Positions 25,135 to 38,035 of a stretch of 64,000 nucleotides of DNA are shown piece by piece (the first letter of the stretch is position 1; each line of letters opens with the position of its first letter). Under the pieces are notes generated by a model. The model did not search any database, was not told the DNA's origin, and worked only from the letters and a program-made list of their open reading frames with translations. The stretch lies in assembly GCF_009914755.1 (NCBI RefSeq), contig NC_060932.1. The stretch is one strand, 5' to 3'. The DNA comes from the human T2T-CHM13v2.0 reference genome, Homo sapiens. The position numbers were made by a program, and so were the translations under genes.

Positions 25135-25345
25135 CCTAGCATTTTAGAATCCAGCCTCTGAGTTTTGAACAGACCTGGGTTTGAATTCCAGCTCTGACCT
25201 TATGAGCACATGACTTAACTCTGCCAAGCCTCAGTGTCTTCCTCTAAATGAAGATAATGCTCATACCCACACTATAAGTTTTCTGAGAATTAAAGAAGAG
25301 GTGGTGTATTAAAAGCATTGGGCTTGTTACTGTGAGCTCTCAAAA
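25135..25345 (+). mobile_element. MIR SINE
   Basis: CAGACCTGGGTTTGAATTCCAGCTCTG...AAGCCTCAGTGTCTTCCTCTAAATGAAGATAAT MIR core. Confidence 0.75.
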
Positions 25346-25621
25346 ATTCTGTCAATAATAATAGTAGTAATAATAATAATGAATTGGGGACTATGTATAT
25401 TTGATTTCTTTTTCTGCCTCTCCTTCCGCTTCATCTCGATCCCAGTCCAACTAAAGATTCAAATTCCACAGAGAGGTAGACATCAATTCTATAGGAAATC
25501 TGTGTTTGCCTTATATCCTTATAGCTTGGAGAACAATAGAGTAATTGGAGTATATAAGTGATACCTGCATTTAATGTGATTTGTAGTTTTTACTTTTATT
25601 TATTTTTTTAAAAAATTATAT

Positions 25622-25766
25622 TCAGTCTCCATAGAGACTATAAAAGATTGCCAGTGTCAATTATACTGCAAGTTGTCATGGCAGGGTAGTGGGAGAAGCT
25701 TTCAACTGGCAATAATCACATCTCAGATAAACTTTATTGGCTATGATACTGCCACTGCGCAAAGCT
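25622..25766 (-). pseudogene. Full-length U4 snRNA retropseudogene in TOX intron 7, same strand as TOX
   Basis: Minus strand reads AGCTTTGCGCAGTGGCAGTATCATAGCCAATAAAGTTTATCTGAGATGTGATTATTGCC...GGCAATCTTTTATAGTCTCTATGGAGACTGA, collinear with U4. Shows CpG decay, a damaged Sm site, an A-rich tail and a short TSD-like AAATAAAAG on both sides. Confidence 0.95.
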
Positions 25767-26551
25767 GCTTTTATTTTTTAAAATAAAATTTAAAAAATAG
25801 TTTTAGGATTTCAGGATGCCTTCTGTTCAGTTTAGTTTATATTGTTTGAGCCTAATTTTCAAATTTTAAAATAACACCAAAATCCAAAAGCAATATTTGA
25901 TTTCAAAGAAAAGTTAAGCTAAAATTGCACACAAATGGTTTCAATAATCAGGGAGTGGGTAGGGAGGCTTCCAAACAGCCTGTGTTTTTCAATTTATGCA
26001 GAAGCCAGATATCCATTTTTAAATAAAACTCTGGTTAAAATGTTCAGTTCTTAGGACTTTCAGGGTTCTACCAGATTTGGTGTTGGACCTGATTTCATTT
26101 TTCAGCACTTATTGGACTCAAGAGGCATACCAGTCAAGACTTTCTCATCTCCAAACAATATTTTTTAAAAAGTTGTAGAATTCTCTATTCCAAAGAGATT
26201 CGGCAGCACTTGGTATCTTAAAATAACAAATGTACTTTACTCAAGAAACAGAAAACAAGAAGAATGATTAGAAACATGAAGCAAAATGGATATCATGGGA
26301 AAGAAACCAGTGATTATGAAAAGAAGTGACTGTCAATTGTGATGGCATAATGCCACACGAACTCACCACTTGTAAATTACATTTTACAGAAAGCAGATAT
26401 TTGTTGAATATCTTTAGTGCTCTCTTGACTTAAATAGAAGGATAGAAAACACATATCCCCAATCCTGTCCTGGATAAACAGCTCCCCCCACCTCCACCAC
26501 CACACTTCAGAATAGGGGTGCACACTCTAAGTCCAGAGCCATTGCACTTAC

Positions 26552-26938
26552 TTGCTGCATGGTGGGTGAGTGTAAGGCAGACTGGACCTGCATGGGGAGC
26601 TGGTTCCCAAGGGGCTGCTGCATGGTGAGCGGCTGGTGCTGCTGCATGTTGAGATGCTGGTGAAGAGGCGGGCTGATCTGGAGGGGAGGAGGAGGGGACA
26701 CAGCCATGTTTGCTATAGAGACAGTCACTGGCATTTGGTTATTCGGCTTGGGGGCTATGTTCCTGGGGAGACTAGGATGCATGGCAGTTAGGTGAGGATT
26801 CATTCCCGGTTGTTGGTGATAGTGGGAACTTAGGTACAGGGCCGAGTGGGCCTGGCTGGGCCCATGGAACACCGACGGCTTCGAATTGATCAGCTGAGGA
26901 GGTTGAGATGTCTTCACGTCAACAGGTTCACTGTAGCT
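26552..26938 (-). CDS. TOX: TOX exon 7 (387 nt): SYSEPVDVKTSQPPQ...SALHSPTMQQ (Pro/Gln/His-rich region)
   Basis: Acceptor TTTCCTCAACAG|AGC and donor CAA|GTAAGT; inside ORF 26507-26980. Confidence 0.97.
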
Positions 26939-29900
26939 CTGTTGAGGAAATAAATGAGCAGAGTTGGGAGGCTGATACATGAGTGTTGATTCAAGGTATG
27001 ACGCTTTGTGAGTTTATTAAAGCACCTTCCCTGGAATCCATACCCATGACTATCCCGGACTCTCTGATCTAAGAATTTCTTCACCATTATTTGTAATGTG
27101 ATTTATAGAAGACAGCTTCTATCCCTTTTAGGAAATTGAAAACAATCTGCAATGACATTTTGTTCCTTTGCCTAAATGTTTTTAACTCGGTGACTTTTCT
27201 CATTATCCAAATGAGGGTGACAAGATGGGTTTGTGGAGGGTGGGGGACGGGAGAAGGCAGATGCCGTGAATGCCCAAATGGGAAACACACGTGAAGATTA
27301 CTTTCAAAGCAAATCAGTTCTGGAGTTCTTCTATAGATTATAGGTTTAGTTTTTAATTTTTCCTTTTTTATATTCTCAAAGAGACTTGGCCTAGATATTT
27401 GCACAAAGAAAACAAAGCTGGTTGATGGAAATGGATATGGGAGAACAGAGTTCTAAAATACCTTTCTGAAGTCATATAAAACTACATTAATATACTCTTC
27501 AAAGTAACTGCAGAACTTATCCTGAGTTTTAAAATGAAGTTGGTGATGAATTGTCCTCCATAATGAAGTAGATAAAAATAATCTCTCTTAGAAATTTTAG
27601 ACTCCATCATAAATTAATATAATTTTGCCCTAATTTTTTCCGCACCTTCATATGATCATTTCCTAATAATATTTTAATTGATTTTAAAACTGAACATTTC
27701 AGTAAAGGCTGAAAAGAATCAAGAATTAACCCTGTGGCAATTCCTCATGGGCCTGAACCTACCTCCTACATTTCCTGAGAGGAAGAGACTGATAAAACAA
27801 CCAAAGGTAGCAGGTAGAACCAACTGGAAGGAAAAAAGTGATAAAATGGATTGGAGAAAAAAAATCACTTTGTCAAAACAAGGTCTTGAGGACGCATATA
27901 TGCTTTTACTCTGCAATCTCAATGTCATGCTTATTCAGCTTTCAAGTCAAAGTGAGTTTCTTACTACTTTCCACACTGCAGGGAGAACTGTGCCATGAGG
28001 GCTCTCGGGGTCCTTCTGCTCAATGCACCACCGGGCAACCCACTGACAGGCCCTTAGAGAAACGGGTTCATCATGCACGACAGCGTGAAACTCAGGCCGG
28101 GTAGCTTCATTATCACCAGGCAGCTTACATTACGGTTAGCAACACAACTCATTTGTCTTCAATAATGCAGTCAAGTTTCATGAAAACCACAGTAAGAATG
28201 ATGCTGTGTATGTCTGCTGACTCCTGGGGTGACGGGGACAGGCTGGGGTGGGTGGACGATCAGCCCCACGTTCTGTCATTATAGAAAGGACACATCTGAC
28301 ACCTGTAAAAGTATGCCAAACCATGGAAACCTGGGGTCCTGTGAGACTCTGAATACTCCACGCACAGTATAAAGTAAGGTGTACTGAAATAATTCCAGCC
28401 CCTTTGGAGAGTCCTCTCATTCTGACATTTTCCCCTGTGTCACACTGTTGATGCAGCTTTCTGAAATAGGAACAAACATATAGACTCCCTGTCTTCAGTA
28501 TTAACATTAAAAACATCAAAAACTGTTCATGCAAAAATTTTAAGGGGAGGTTTTAGATCAAAGAAGCTTTATTAAATGTAGCTCCTAAGAGGTGCTTTTC
28601 ATTAAAAAAAAAAAACAAGTTTTAAGTAGATTTTTTTTGGCTTCCATTTAAAAATTCTTATTGTTGATGTGCAAAATAGTTAACAATTCAAGGAAAAGGT
28701 CAAATGGGTTAATCGAGCCTGTGTAAACAGTGACTACTTCCACATCAGAATAACATGTACTGCAATTCATATGCCTCAAAAATTATTCCGTATATGCCAG
28801 AAAGATTATGTGTTAAGTCTGTGTGTTTAAGTAATCTGGAAAAGTGTTCGGTATGTTTGAATTCCCTCTTTTTAGCCTATTGCAGAAGGGCTAGTTTCAT
28901 ATTTAGTCACAGACTGTGTTGACTTCATACCAGAAAGAAATCATATTTATAAAAATGGATACATATTGGTGCATCTTTATTTTTTGCTTTATAGGTGTTG
29001 TTTTTAATTTAAAAATAATACAAGTCACTCACATTCTTGTATGATCAAAAGTAGAAAATATGTGTAACTGTAAAAATGTTTTCATTTTTAATTTCTATAT
29101 ATAACATATTACTAGATAATGAGGTAAGTTTTGGCTAAAGAAATAAAAATATCGAATTCAAAATAAACAATGAATTTAATTTTCCTGAATTCTACTATTT
29201 AAATAATTGTATGTGGTCCATCATATAGAGAGATGATAGATAAGCAGAGGTAGAGATGGAATAGATGTACAGATTTACAGAAGTGAACAGATAGCAACCT
29301 AATTTGAGATACTTTATTACCAACCTTGTAAAGCTCTCTTTTTTCATGGATAATTAAACACAAAACATTTTCTCTATCTAGCCACTTATTTGTCATTTAT
29401 GTCCTCCATATCAAAGCACACAAAGACCAGTCCCCCTCAACCTACTTTGAAAGAGTAGTAACTTTTAATCACTAGAATAACTATTGGCAAACTCAAAGTA
29501 AATAGAGTTCCAAAGATAATGATTCAGACAACACTTGAAACATAATTTTTAACATAGAGGGAGGGAGAATTTGGGGAAGTTATATATATTTTCCCTTTAT
29601 TTTCTAATCATTGACTGTGACAACAGAAATAACGTATCCAGCCTTGTGCCTGAACGTGGCAGGTGCTCCAATATAAGTTATTTTCCTGTAGTCTCTTTTC
29701 ACAAAGATGTCCTGATTCCTCCAAAAGGGCATCTTTTTTTGATGGTAGGGACTTGAATTTCTGTAGCCCACGCATCTACCATAGTGCAAAATACATAAAA
29801 ACACAATTATGTTTTCTAAGGAGTGAATGACTATTCTTGAGCAATCCTCCAGGCAGCCACCATTGCCCTTGCTGACTTGCCCTCTTGACCAGACACACCG

Positions 29901-31599
29901 TTCCTCTTCCCATGGAGTGAGGAAGGATCTGAAGGCTTGGAAAAGCCACAGAGTATTAGATTGACCTTCCTCATGCTCTTCTCTGCTCTCGGCAGGACCC
30001 AAACCCTTCCTGAAGTGATGAGAAATTACAGCTTTCCGCTCTGTCCTTTGGTTAGATACACTGCCCTTTATGCCTCACTGGTCTTGGGGGAATGGCAGTA
30101 GCAGGGCAGCTAGTTCAGTCTCACCCATACTTTGGGAATTTGTATGTTTATGTAATGGTCCACTCATTTAGATGAGGAAAAACCTGCTTCTGGCTTCGCT
30201 TTTCATTAATTATTAAGCAGTCTAGTACAATAGACCATCTATTAATTACAGAGTTATTTTATTGTTCTGGAAGATAGGTAGAATAAGTTCATTTTCAGTG
30301 GCAAACTGCCATAAATTCATAATGTGATTAAATGAAAATACATAGAAATCATAATGTACTCTTACTGTCATTTTTTCCCAATTTAACTGTGAAAGCAAGG
30401 CTACAATTTTGCTGATCAATTATATTGCATATGAAGACTTCTATACCTATCATTCAGAAATTAGAACTATTTTCTCATACATACTAAGTAATTTGCATTT
30501 GTTTCCACTTTTAAACACATTAACCACTTTTATTTAGCAATGAGTGTCATGTTGGTCACCTGACAAATGTGTTTCCTAGCTTGTAGACAACTGAAAATCA
30601 ACCTTTGAATCCCACACTTTCACAGAAGGAATGTGTTCTTGCTGTTAGTTTCTGAGTATGTTCTCTTTCCTATTTGCATTTAGACGACAGATTCTGGAAG
30701 ATATTTTCTACAAGCCATAAAGTGGGGGTCGTGGCCATAGAGACATTTTGAGTATTATCTGTAGGGAGTTCCTTTGACATATGCAAAATGTATAAAGGAT
30801 ACAACTCTATAAGCCTGAAGATACCTTTTACTAACCAAATTGTTGATTACTGAAGGTAGCTTCAATCCCATTTACTTTGTATAATGAAGATAATACTGCA
30901 TAGTGTATAAATTTCCCCATTCTGGGATGATATGTGCTATAAAAATGAAAGATTGACAAAGCTATTGTTATTTAAAATAGCAAAGTATAAATACAATGCA
31001 TAAAAATCAGTGGAAGGAACAATATAAGAGTTGCTGAACCAAATCAAATTAATAGTCCATCTAATTTGATTCTTGTTTTCAGCACTGACCGATACTTAAT
31101 GCATTGAAAATTAAACAAAATTTATGCACCTACTCAATTGTGCATTGCTCCTTCTGGAAGGAAAATTCTTTCTGCTCCATGCAGGTGATTAACTTATACC
31201 CTGAAGCATGAGATTTTATTATCTTTAAATCACGATCTGGGTTTACAGAGCTGCAAATTTTACGTTAACAGTCATACAATGATCCATCCCATTTGCAAAT
31301 TCAGACTCAATATTTGTCTCCATAGCTCACCATGGCATGGTATCTGTAAGTTTGCCTCATTCTATAAAAAGAAACTGTTTTTTTCAAATCCACTTTCCTT
31401 TAATTGAACTAAGCATTGTGCTTCTTTACTACTGACTATGGAAACAGAGAACTTTCTTGACTTAATTCAATATTGTCCTGTTCTGTACGTTAAAAAAAAA
31501 AAAGGTTTCCATTTGTCCTTTATAAATTTTAGCACTTCATGAACTATTCCTTAAGGTAGAAACAAAATCTTATATTTGATGTTATGACCTTAAAATCAT

Positions 31600-32120
31600 G
31601 AATCTGATTGCCTTTATTTAATAAACCAGAACATAGTTATCCAAATGCCATATCCTTCCAGGTTGGCAATCCTGAGAAGTTGTACACTTATTTCAATAAT
31701 GCTGCCTTTATTTGGGATATTTGGGAGCTTCCCTACTGGAATTCTCTTCAGAGCCTGTGAGACACTGTTTTACATATCCTCAGACAACTCTTTGTCTTTT
31801 GATGGTGAATTTGATTTTTGGAAACAGCTAATAGTCACTTGAAGCCAAGTCTGCGGGTTATATCTGGGTGATGTTTGGGGAAAAGAATGAGGTGTGAAAA
31901 CAATGTAACAAGATTGATTTTCTAATGTGGCTCATAAACTTTTCCTGACTACAGTTCTAAAAGAGGAGTTTCAAAAATTTTTTGAACTCTGGGAGCAATA
32001 ATAAAATGAGTTTGCAGCCTCCCAAGGTGACTACTTTGAATGCAACACTCATTTTGGGAATATAAATTCTGGTCTATGTGGTAAAATGAAACTAGTTCCA
32101 TTGCTCTATAGTTATACATT
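31600..32120. mobile_element. MARNA-like mariner non-autonomous element, approximate
   Basis: GGTGAATTTGATTTTTGGAAACAGC...GAGGAGTTTCAAAAATTTTTTGA...CTCCCAAGGTGACTACTTTGAA motifs typical of MARNA. Confidence 0.65.
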
Positions 32121-32639
32121 GTTTTCAGCATAATAATTTAGATCCATGTCTAGGAATTCCCGAGTCTATGGAAAAACTATATTTCCTTAAGCTTTATTTG
32201 ACAGTCCAACCCCATATGACCTTCAATAGCGTGTAAAATTGCTTAAGATGGGAAGGCCAAGCCTCCATAATAGCATATATCCTTGGACCTCTTTGCAGGG
32301 TTCATAAAGATCATTTCAATTAAGAAAACTATAGATGAATGCATTTTTGTTTATATCTAGATCATATCTTTATAAAGAAATGCATCTATGATGCAAAATT
32401 TTCCTTTTTAATGTCACTTTTAAAATTTCCTTATATCAAAGTAGCCTTTGATATAAAGACAAATTGAAAATATCATCCAGCTAAATTTTCAATGATATGC
32501 AAATCTTTCCCCCCTCCTTTCTATACCTACTAATACTAAAAATAAAATTAATAATAATACTCATAGCTTATATTTATTAAGTGCTTCCTATGTTCAGGAT
32601 GCTGAGTCATGCTGTTTATTTTTTAAATTTTTGAATTTT

Positions 32640-32960
32640 AAAAATTTTAATTGTATTGTGATAAGAACACTTAACATGAGATCTACCATCTTCACAAATT
32701 TTCAAGTGTACAATCCAGTATTGTTGACTCTAGGTCCAATGTTGTACAGCAGATCTCCAGAGCTAATTCATCTGGTTTGAGGAATGCTTTCTGCCTGTTG
32801 ATTATTGACTCCCTATTTCCCCCTCTCCCAGCCCTGGCAACCACCGTGCCACTCTTTGAGTCTATGAAATTGACTATTCTAGATACCTCCTATAAGTGGA
32901 ATCATGCAGTACATGTCTTTCTGTGACTGACTTATTTAATTTAGCATAATGTCCTCAAGT
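32640..32960 (-). mobile_element. L1M (L1MA/MB-like) 3' end inserted into a MIR
   Basis: AGAACACTTAACATGAGATCTACC...CAGCCCTGGCAACCACC...ATAAGTGGAATCATGCAGTA...TTAGCATAATGTCCTCAAG; MIR-like pieces at ~32550-32610 and ~32965-33140. Confidence 0.8.
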
Positions 32961-34024
32961 GAACCATGTAATTTGTATAGATTTGCTTATTTTATCCTCA
33001 TGGAAACCCTAAGATGTAGGTCCTATTATCTTCTCTGTTTAACATTTGAGTAAATGGAGACTTAGAACATACAAGGAACTGCATGAAGATATGCAGTTAG
33101 GAAGTGGGAAACCTGGGATTCGAATCCAGATCCACCCGCCCCAGAGACTACAGACTCCTCAGTCTGAGGACTCTCCCAGTATGATAGAGGTGGCACTTTT
33201 TAGATGTCCTAGAACAGGCTTCCTGTGATTCCATATGAAAGTGCAGAGGTTGAAGTTGCCTTAGAGGCCTCCAATCCTTATTTATAACATTTGCTTCTGC
33301 TTTTAAGTTTCTCTATGGAAAGAAGTTGTTTAACAATTCAAGAGTTTAGCAATGTCCCCTGTTCAGATTAAATTAATCTAATTTGAAATGGAACCTATTT
33401 TCTTATTCTGTAGTCAGAGAAAATTAAGCATGAATAATCACCACCCTATGTCTAATGCCAATGTGGACTTAAACACCTTTGAGTCTTTGTTTTCTGGGTT
33501 TCATAATCTTGAATCCTCTCTTTTTCTGCTACTACCTTCTAACTTTCGGCCTTCCAGCCAATTTTATGACCTTTTCCAACTTCCCCCTTTAAATGACAGA
33601 GCCTAAAATTGAACAAGGTATTTTGGAGTCTGACCAGCACTGTGTTTGCAGCATCCTATGTCCTATAGATGTATCCTGCAATTCTGATATGCTTGTACAG
33701 CAGGAGTGACCAGAGCCGGGCAGTTTTGTCCCTGGCTCCACACAACCAGCTGAGGTACCCACCCAGCTGGAATAGCATGGCAGAAAGCAGTGCTTTCCAA
33801 ACATTCTGCAGGCCCAGATTCCTCTGAAGGTCTCAGCCTCTGTTGGTAGTGGGGGTAGCAGAGTGGGCAGTCGGCTGGACTCCACCCTCAATTAAGTGAG
33901 GGCAGCTTTACTCTTAGCTGTTTCCTATGTAAGAGCTGGCATGGAATTTTATGGGAGGTTGTTACCTCGATAAAATGAGGTGCCAGTTTGAAAGATTAAA
34001 AACATTTGAGAATCACTGAGGGTA

Positions 34025-34235
34025 GAGAAAAGCCTAAAGCTCTGCAACAAGACAGTGGGCAGTTTGAGTCCTACTCTGCCACAGCCACTGTGGGCAAGCC
34101 ATTTACTCTCTCTGCCTAGAGACTGTCTAGAAAATGGGGCTAATTCCTACTGTGCAGGTTTGCTGTGATGGGAAATAGGAACACGTGTAAAATGCCTACC
34201 ACAGTGTAAGGCACACAGAAGCTACTCTGTAGACG
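34025..34235 (+). mobile_element. MIR SINE, degenerate
   Basis: GTTTGAGTCCTACTCTGCCAC...TGGGCAAGCCATTTACTCTCTCTG...AAAATGGGGCTAAT. Confidence 0.65.
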
Positions 34236-34430
34236 GATGCCATGTATATTTTTGTTACTATTGGAAACAATTCAATATCCTGGTAAGAATGGGCCAGGAT
34301 TTCCATTGGAAGTTACAAAAGCGAGAATATTTGTTTCCTAGGATTAAGCGTTTTATTTTTGGCAGAGTTCAACGTTATTCTAGCTTGGAGTCATGTTAAT
34401 TAATCTGCTGGATTAGATGGTATATAGCAC

Positions 34431-34737
34431 TTTTTTATTTTTTATTATTTTTCTGAGATGGAGTATTACTCTGTCGCCCAGGATGGAGGGCAGGTGGTAC
34501 AATCTTGGCTCACTGCAACCTCTACCTCACGGGTTCAAGTGATTCTCCTGCTTCAGCCTCCTGAACATCTGGGATTACAGGCACTCACTACTATGCTCAG
34601 CTAATTTTTGTAATTTTAGTGGAGACAGGGTTTCACCATATTGGCCAGGCTGGTCTTGAACTCCTGACCTCAAGTGATCTGCCTGCCTCAGCCTCCCAAA
34701 GTGCTGGGATTACATGCATGAGCCACCGTGCCTGGCT
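34431..34737 (-). mobile_element. AluS (Sx/Sz-like)
   Basis: Reverse Alu consensus (GAACTCCTGACCTCAAGTGATCTGCC); TSD TGGTATATAG at 34418-34427 and 34737-34746. Confidence 0.95.
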
Positions 34738-35509
34738 GGTATATAGTATTTTTAAATGGAAGAAGTAATCACTGAAGCATTGTCAATCCTGTGACTCAAT
34801 TTCACAGGTAGAGTCAAAGGTCATTGATTGCTCTTATTTTTGATCATGTTCTGTAAGAAGCAGCTAATTTTAAAGGATCACTTCAGGCCTTTCAAGTATC
34901 ATGAAACAGTCCACTTGGATCTGCTATATACATGTTTGTCTCTCAGCACCCAGCCCAGTGTCCGACATAGAACAAGTGTCCTGCAGCCCTGCTCTGGATG
35001 CAGAGTATGGCCTAGGGGCGAAGAGGGAAGAAGGAGCAGACTGTGACTATGACATGGCCACAAATTAGTGAAAGGATCTATTGGCCTAGAAATGCAAAGT
35101 CATATTTGGGGAAATGAATGCCTTGCCTAGAAAATAGGTACTAAAATATATAGCTCTGGATGAGTAAGTCAAAGTAGCTAGGAAGAATTTAGGAAAATGG
35201 ACGAGGTGCTCTGGCTAACACAGCTTTTCATGAACAAAAATGACCTTATCAGAGAGAATGTCAATGCTGAATGTCAATGCTGTGCCATGACTCTGAGGCA
35301 CTGGGTATTTTAGGAGTGCGGGAGAGCACATTGAGAGGACTCATGAGCAGCATGGCCCAGCAGAAGACTGAGGGCAGTGCAGGTCAATGTCAGCCTTGGC
35401 CAGTGGCTACCTGCAGGTGTCTTTCCTCTTCAGTGAAATGTTGATAATCAAGCCTACTTCAAGGGATAAGGCCTGAGGATTAAGGGAACTTATGCACGTA
35501 AGATGATCC

Positions 35510-36080
35510 TTTAAAAACGTAAGTCCCATCAGGGTATCTGTCCCTTACCAGAACCCATTCTGTGGCTTCCCTTTGTACTGAGAATGAACCCAGTGCCTTT
35601 CAAATGTCCTGCAAGTCCTTCAGGATTGGGCTCCTGCCCATCTTTCCAACTTCAGCTCAAACCACACTCTCTCCATTCACTCAGCTCTGGCCACACAGAC
35701 CTTTTCAATTCAAGGAAACATTTTGCCACCCTGAGTCTCTACACTTATTGTAGCACTGCCTGGCCAGCTCTTTCCTCTGGCTCTCTGGTTCTACAAGCTC
35801 CTGTCTTCCTTCAACCCCCAGATCCAATGTCACCTCTTTAAAGAGGTCTTTGCAGATCACCTAAGCAGATCTCTTGCTTTATCTCCTCCAGAATACTTGG
35901 ATTCTCAAATCTCAATCATTTATTAGTTTATGTTTTCACTAACGATTTCCCTTGACGAAAGAGAAAGTTCTTCAAGTCTAAGGAAAGGATTTCCCTGTTC
36001 TCCACAGCATTCTCTGAGCCTGGCATAGTGCTTGGCACAGAGCACAAGCCCAGGAAGATTGGTCAAATGAATATACAAAT
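35510..36080 (+). mobile_element. LINE-2 3' region, approximate
   Basis: CAGCTCTGGCCACACAGACC...AATGTCACCTCTTTAAAGAGG...GCCTGGCATAGTGCTTGGCACAGAG...CAAATGAAT. Confidence 0.65.
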
Positions 36081-38035
36081 GGGGGGTGGGGAAAAAATAG
36101 AGCTTGGTTGGCACATGGTGGTTCCTGGGAGTTACAATTATGGAATATATCATGTAGCATTTTCTGTTTGCCCCTTTAAATCTTTTAGAATAGGGAAATA
36201 ATTTATAACATAGTAAAAAAATTATAATGTAGAAAAAATATGTTTAAATATGACTGGTTATTATTTGCCTTGTCCTAATTAAAATGGAAAAGAATTAGAT
36301 TTTTATATATGTGATTACATCTTATGGCAGGATAGGCTGGAAAATTTTCTGATGATGTCTAGAAAGTTACAATGCAAATATCCACTCACATACAACATTG
36401 GAGGGTCATTTTTTTTAACCTGGAGAGGATGTTTGTAACTTTCCTTCAATTTGTATACACACAATAGATGGTTGTACATAAATAGATATTCAACAGCTCC
36501 AGCAAAATTTCTACTGCCAAAGAGAAGAAAAATGTCAGAGTAAGCTGTAAAAAAAGTGCTTGGTTTTTTAAATGTAGAAATGGCAATTCGCAGCATTTAT
36601 ACAAATTGCCGTACACTGCGGGTTGCAACTCTGAAACTGAATAGTAAGAAAAGTTGCAGCTAAGAGCAAATCTGAGGACACTTGTTTTGAAAGTAAAGGC
36701 TTAGTCAGTATCACAGCATTCTGGCAATCTGCATATCATTAACTAGTGTGCTTTGTATTGGGATTGAGACTTCATGTATTGATTTGCTCCTGTGTAAAGT
36801 GCTCTGACTAAAACTCTATTTAAAATCTTCAAAAAGAATCTGATCTTGGATGAAATAAGGAGAATTAACTTTTTAAAAGCCCCGCTATGTTTTTGGCATA
36901 ATTATCTGTTAACAATATCCACATGACTATTTAATCCAATGGCTATATTGATCTAATATTTTACACTTTTTAGGTTATAATTTTATACACATTCTATGTA
37001 ATACATGCAGAAATGTGAGTTGGTATCAACAGAAAATATAAATAGTTTCAGAAGGAATTAGATAAATTAGAAAGTGTGAGATAATACAAAAAAGCTAGAA
37101 ATTTTAAGGTAAATTATATCTAACTAAAGTTTTCTCACAGTGCCATACCTTAGAAGTAGAACATAAGACTGGATTAGACAAATAGTTTACTGAAATTTCT
37201 TATGCATTTGTACTTTGGGCTCTCTTTTCTTCTCTGCATCAGTATATTCAGTATGTATTTTCCTCAATAAAACATAATTTATATAATTACTTTAGAGTTA
37301 CAATGAGTCTGGATATTTGTGAATGAGAAAAAAAGTCTTTCCTAAGGGGAAATGGGATGAAGTCCAGAGCCCCAGACCACAGTGAACGCAGTAACAGCCA
37401 ATTTGCGACATGAGATAACAGTGTCTAATGCTTATAGACTCAGTCCATTTCTCTGAAGTTACCTTCTGAAGAATTCCATAACGGGAATTGTATCTTTAAT
37501 AACATGAAACCAATCAGTCAACTCTTGGGTATTTATAACAGGAAGAACTAGTGTTTAAGATATTCTAGATCACTAAATATTTTTAAGCGGTGTTTTTATT
37601 TTCAAACAAAATGATGTGATTTATAAACATTTTTGGGTCCTGCTTACCTCCTAATGCTGCTGTAATGAGTCTAGAACTTAGAGTTGGCATGTCCTCAGTA
37701 AAGGCCAATGGCATGGGGGCCTGGAGGCAATTTAAGAAAGGGATATGGAGAAGTAGAAAGTTGGCTCAGGTTGAAGAATGTACTGTGACTAATCCACAAA
37801 ACCAATCATCCACAGGTGGACAATATTTTAGAAATGGCCCAGGGGATGCTGCTCTGGTCTTTTGGAGCTGAACGAATATTTCCATATCGTATAGCTTTGT
37901 TTGTAATTTACTTTTTTTTCCAACAAAGAAGATTGTGCAGAATCGTTAAAGTGATCTTTTATGCCTTTAAGTGACTATCAAAGTCTGCGCCGAGATGGCC
38001 ACAATCCTTCACAATATCACACAACTGCACGTTAC

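Noticed and set aside
25622-25766. Functional U4 snRNA gene
   Set aside because: Mutated Sm site, CpG decay, A-rich tail and TSD, and no recognisable snRNA promoter upstream; called as a pseudogene.
26939-26980. In-frame upstream extension of exon 7 (MYQPPNSAHLFPQQ) and an AG 33 nt upstream
   Set aside because: This is the intronic pyrimidine tract; the upstream AG has no tract of its own and the canonical acceptor gives the known protein.
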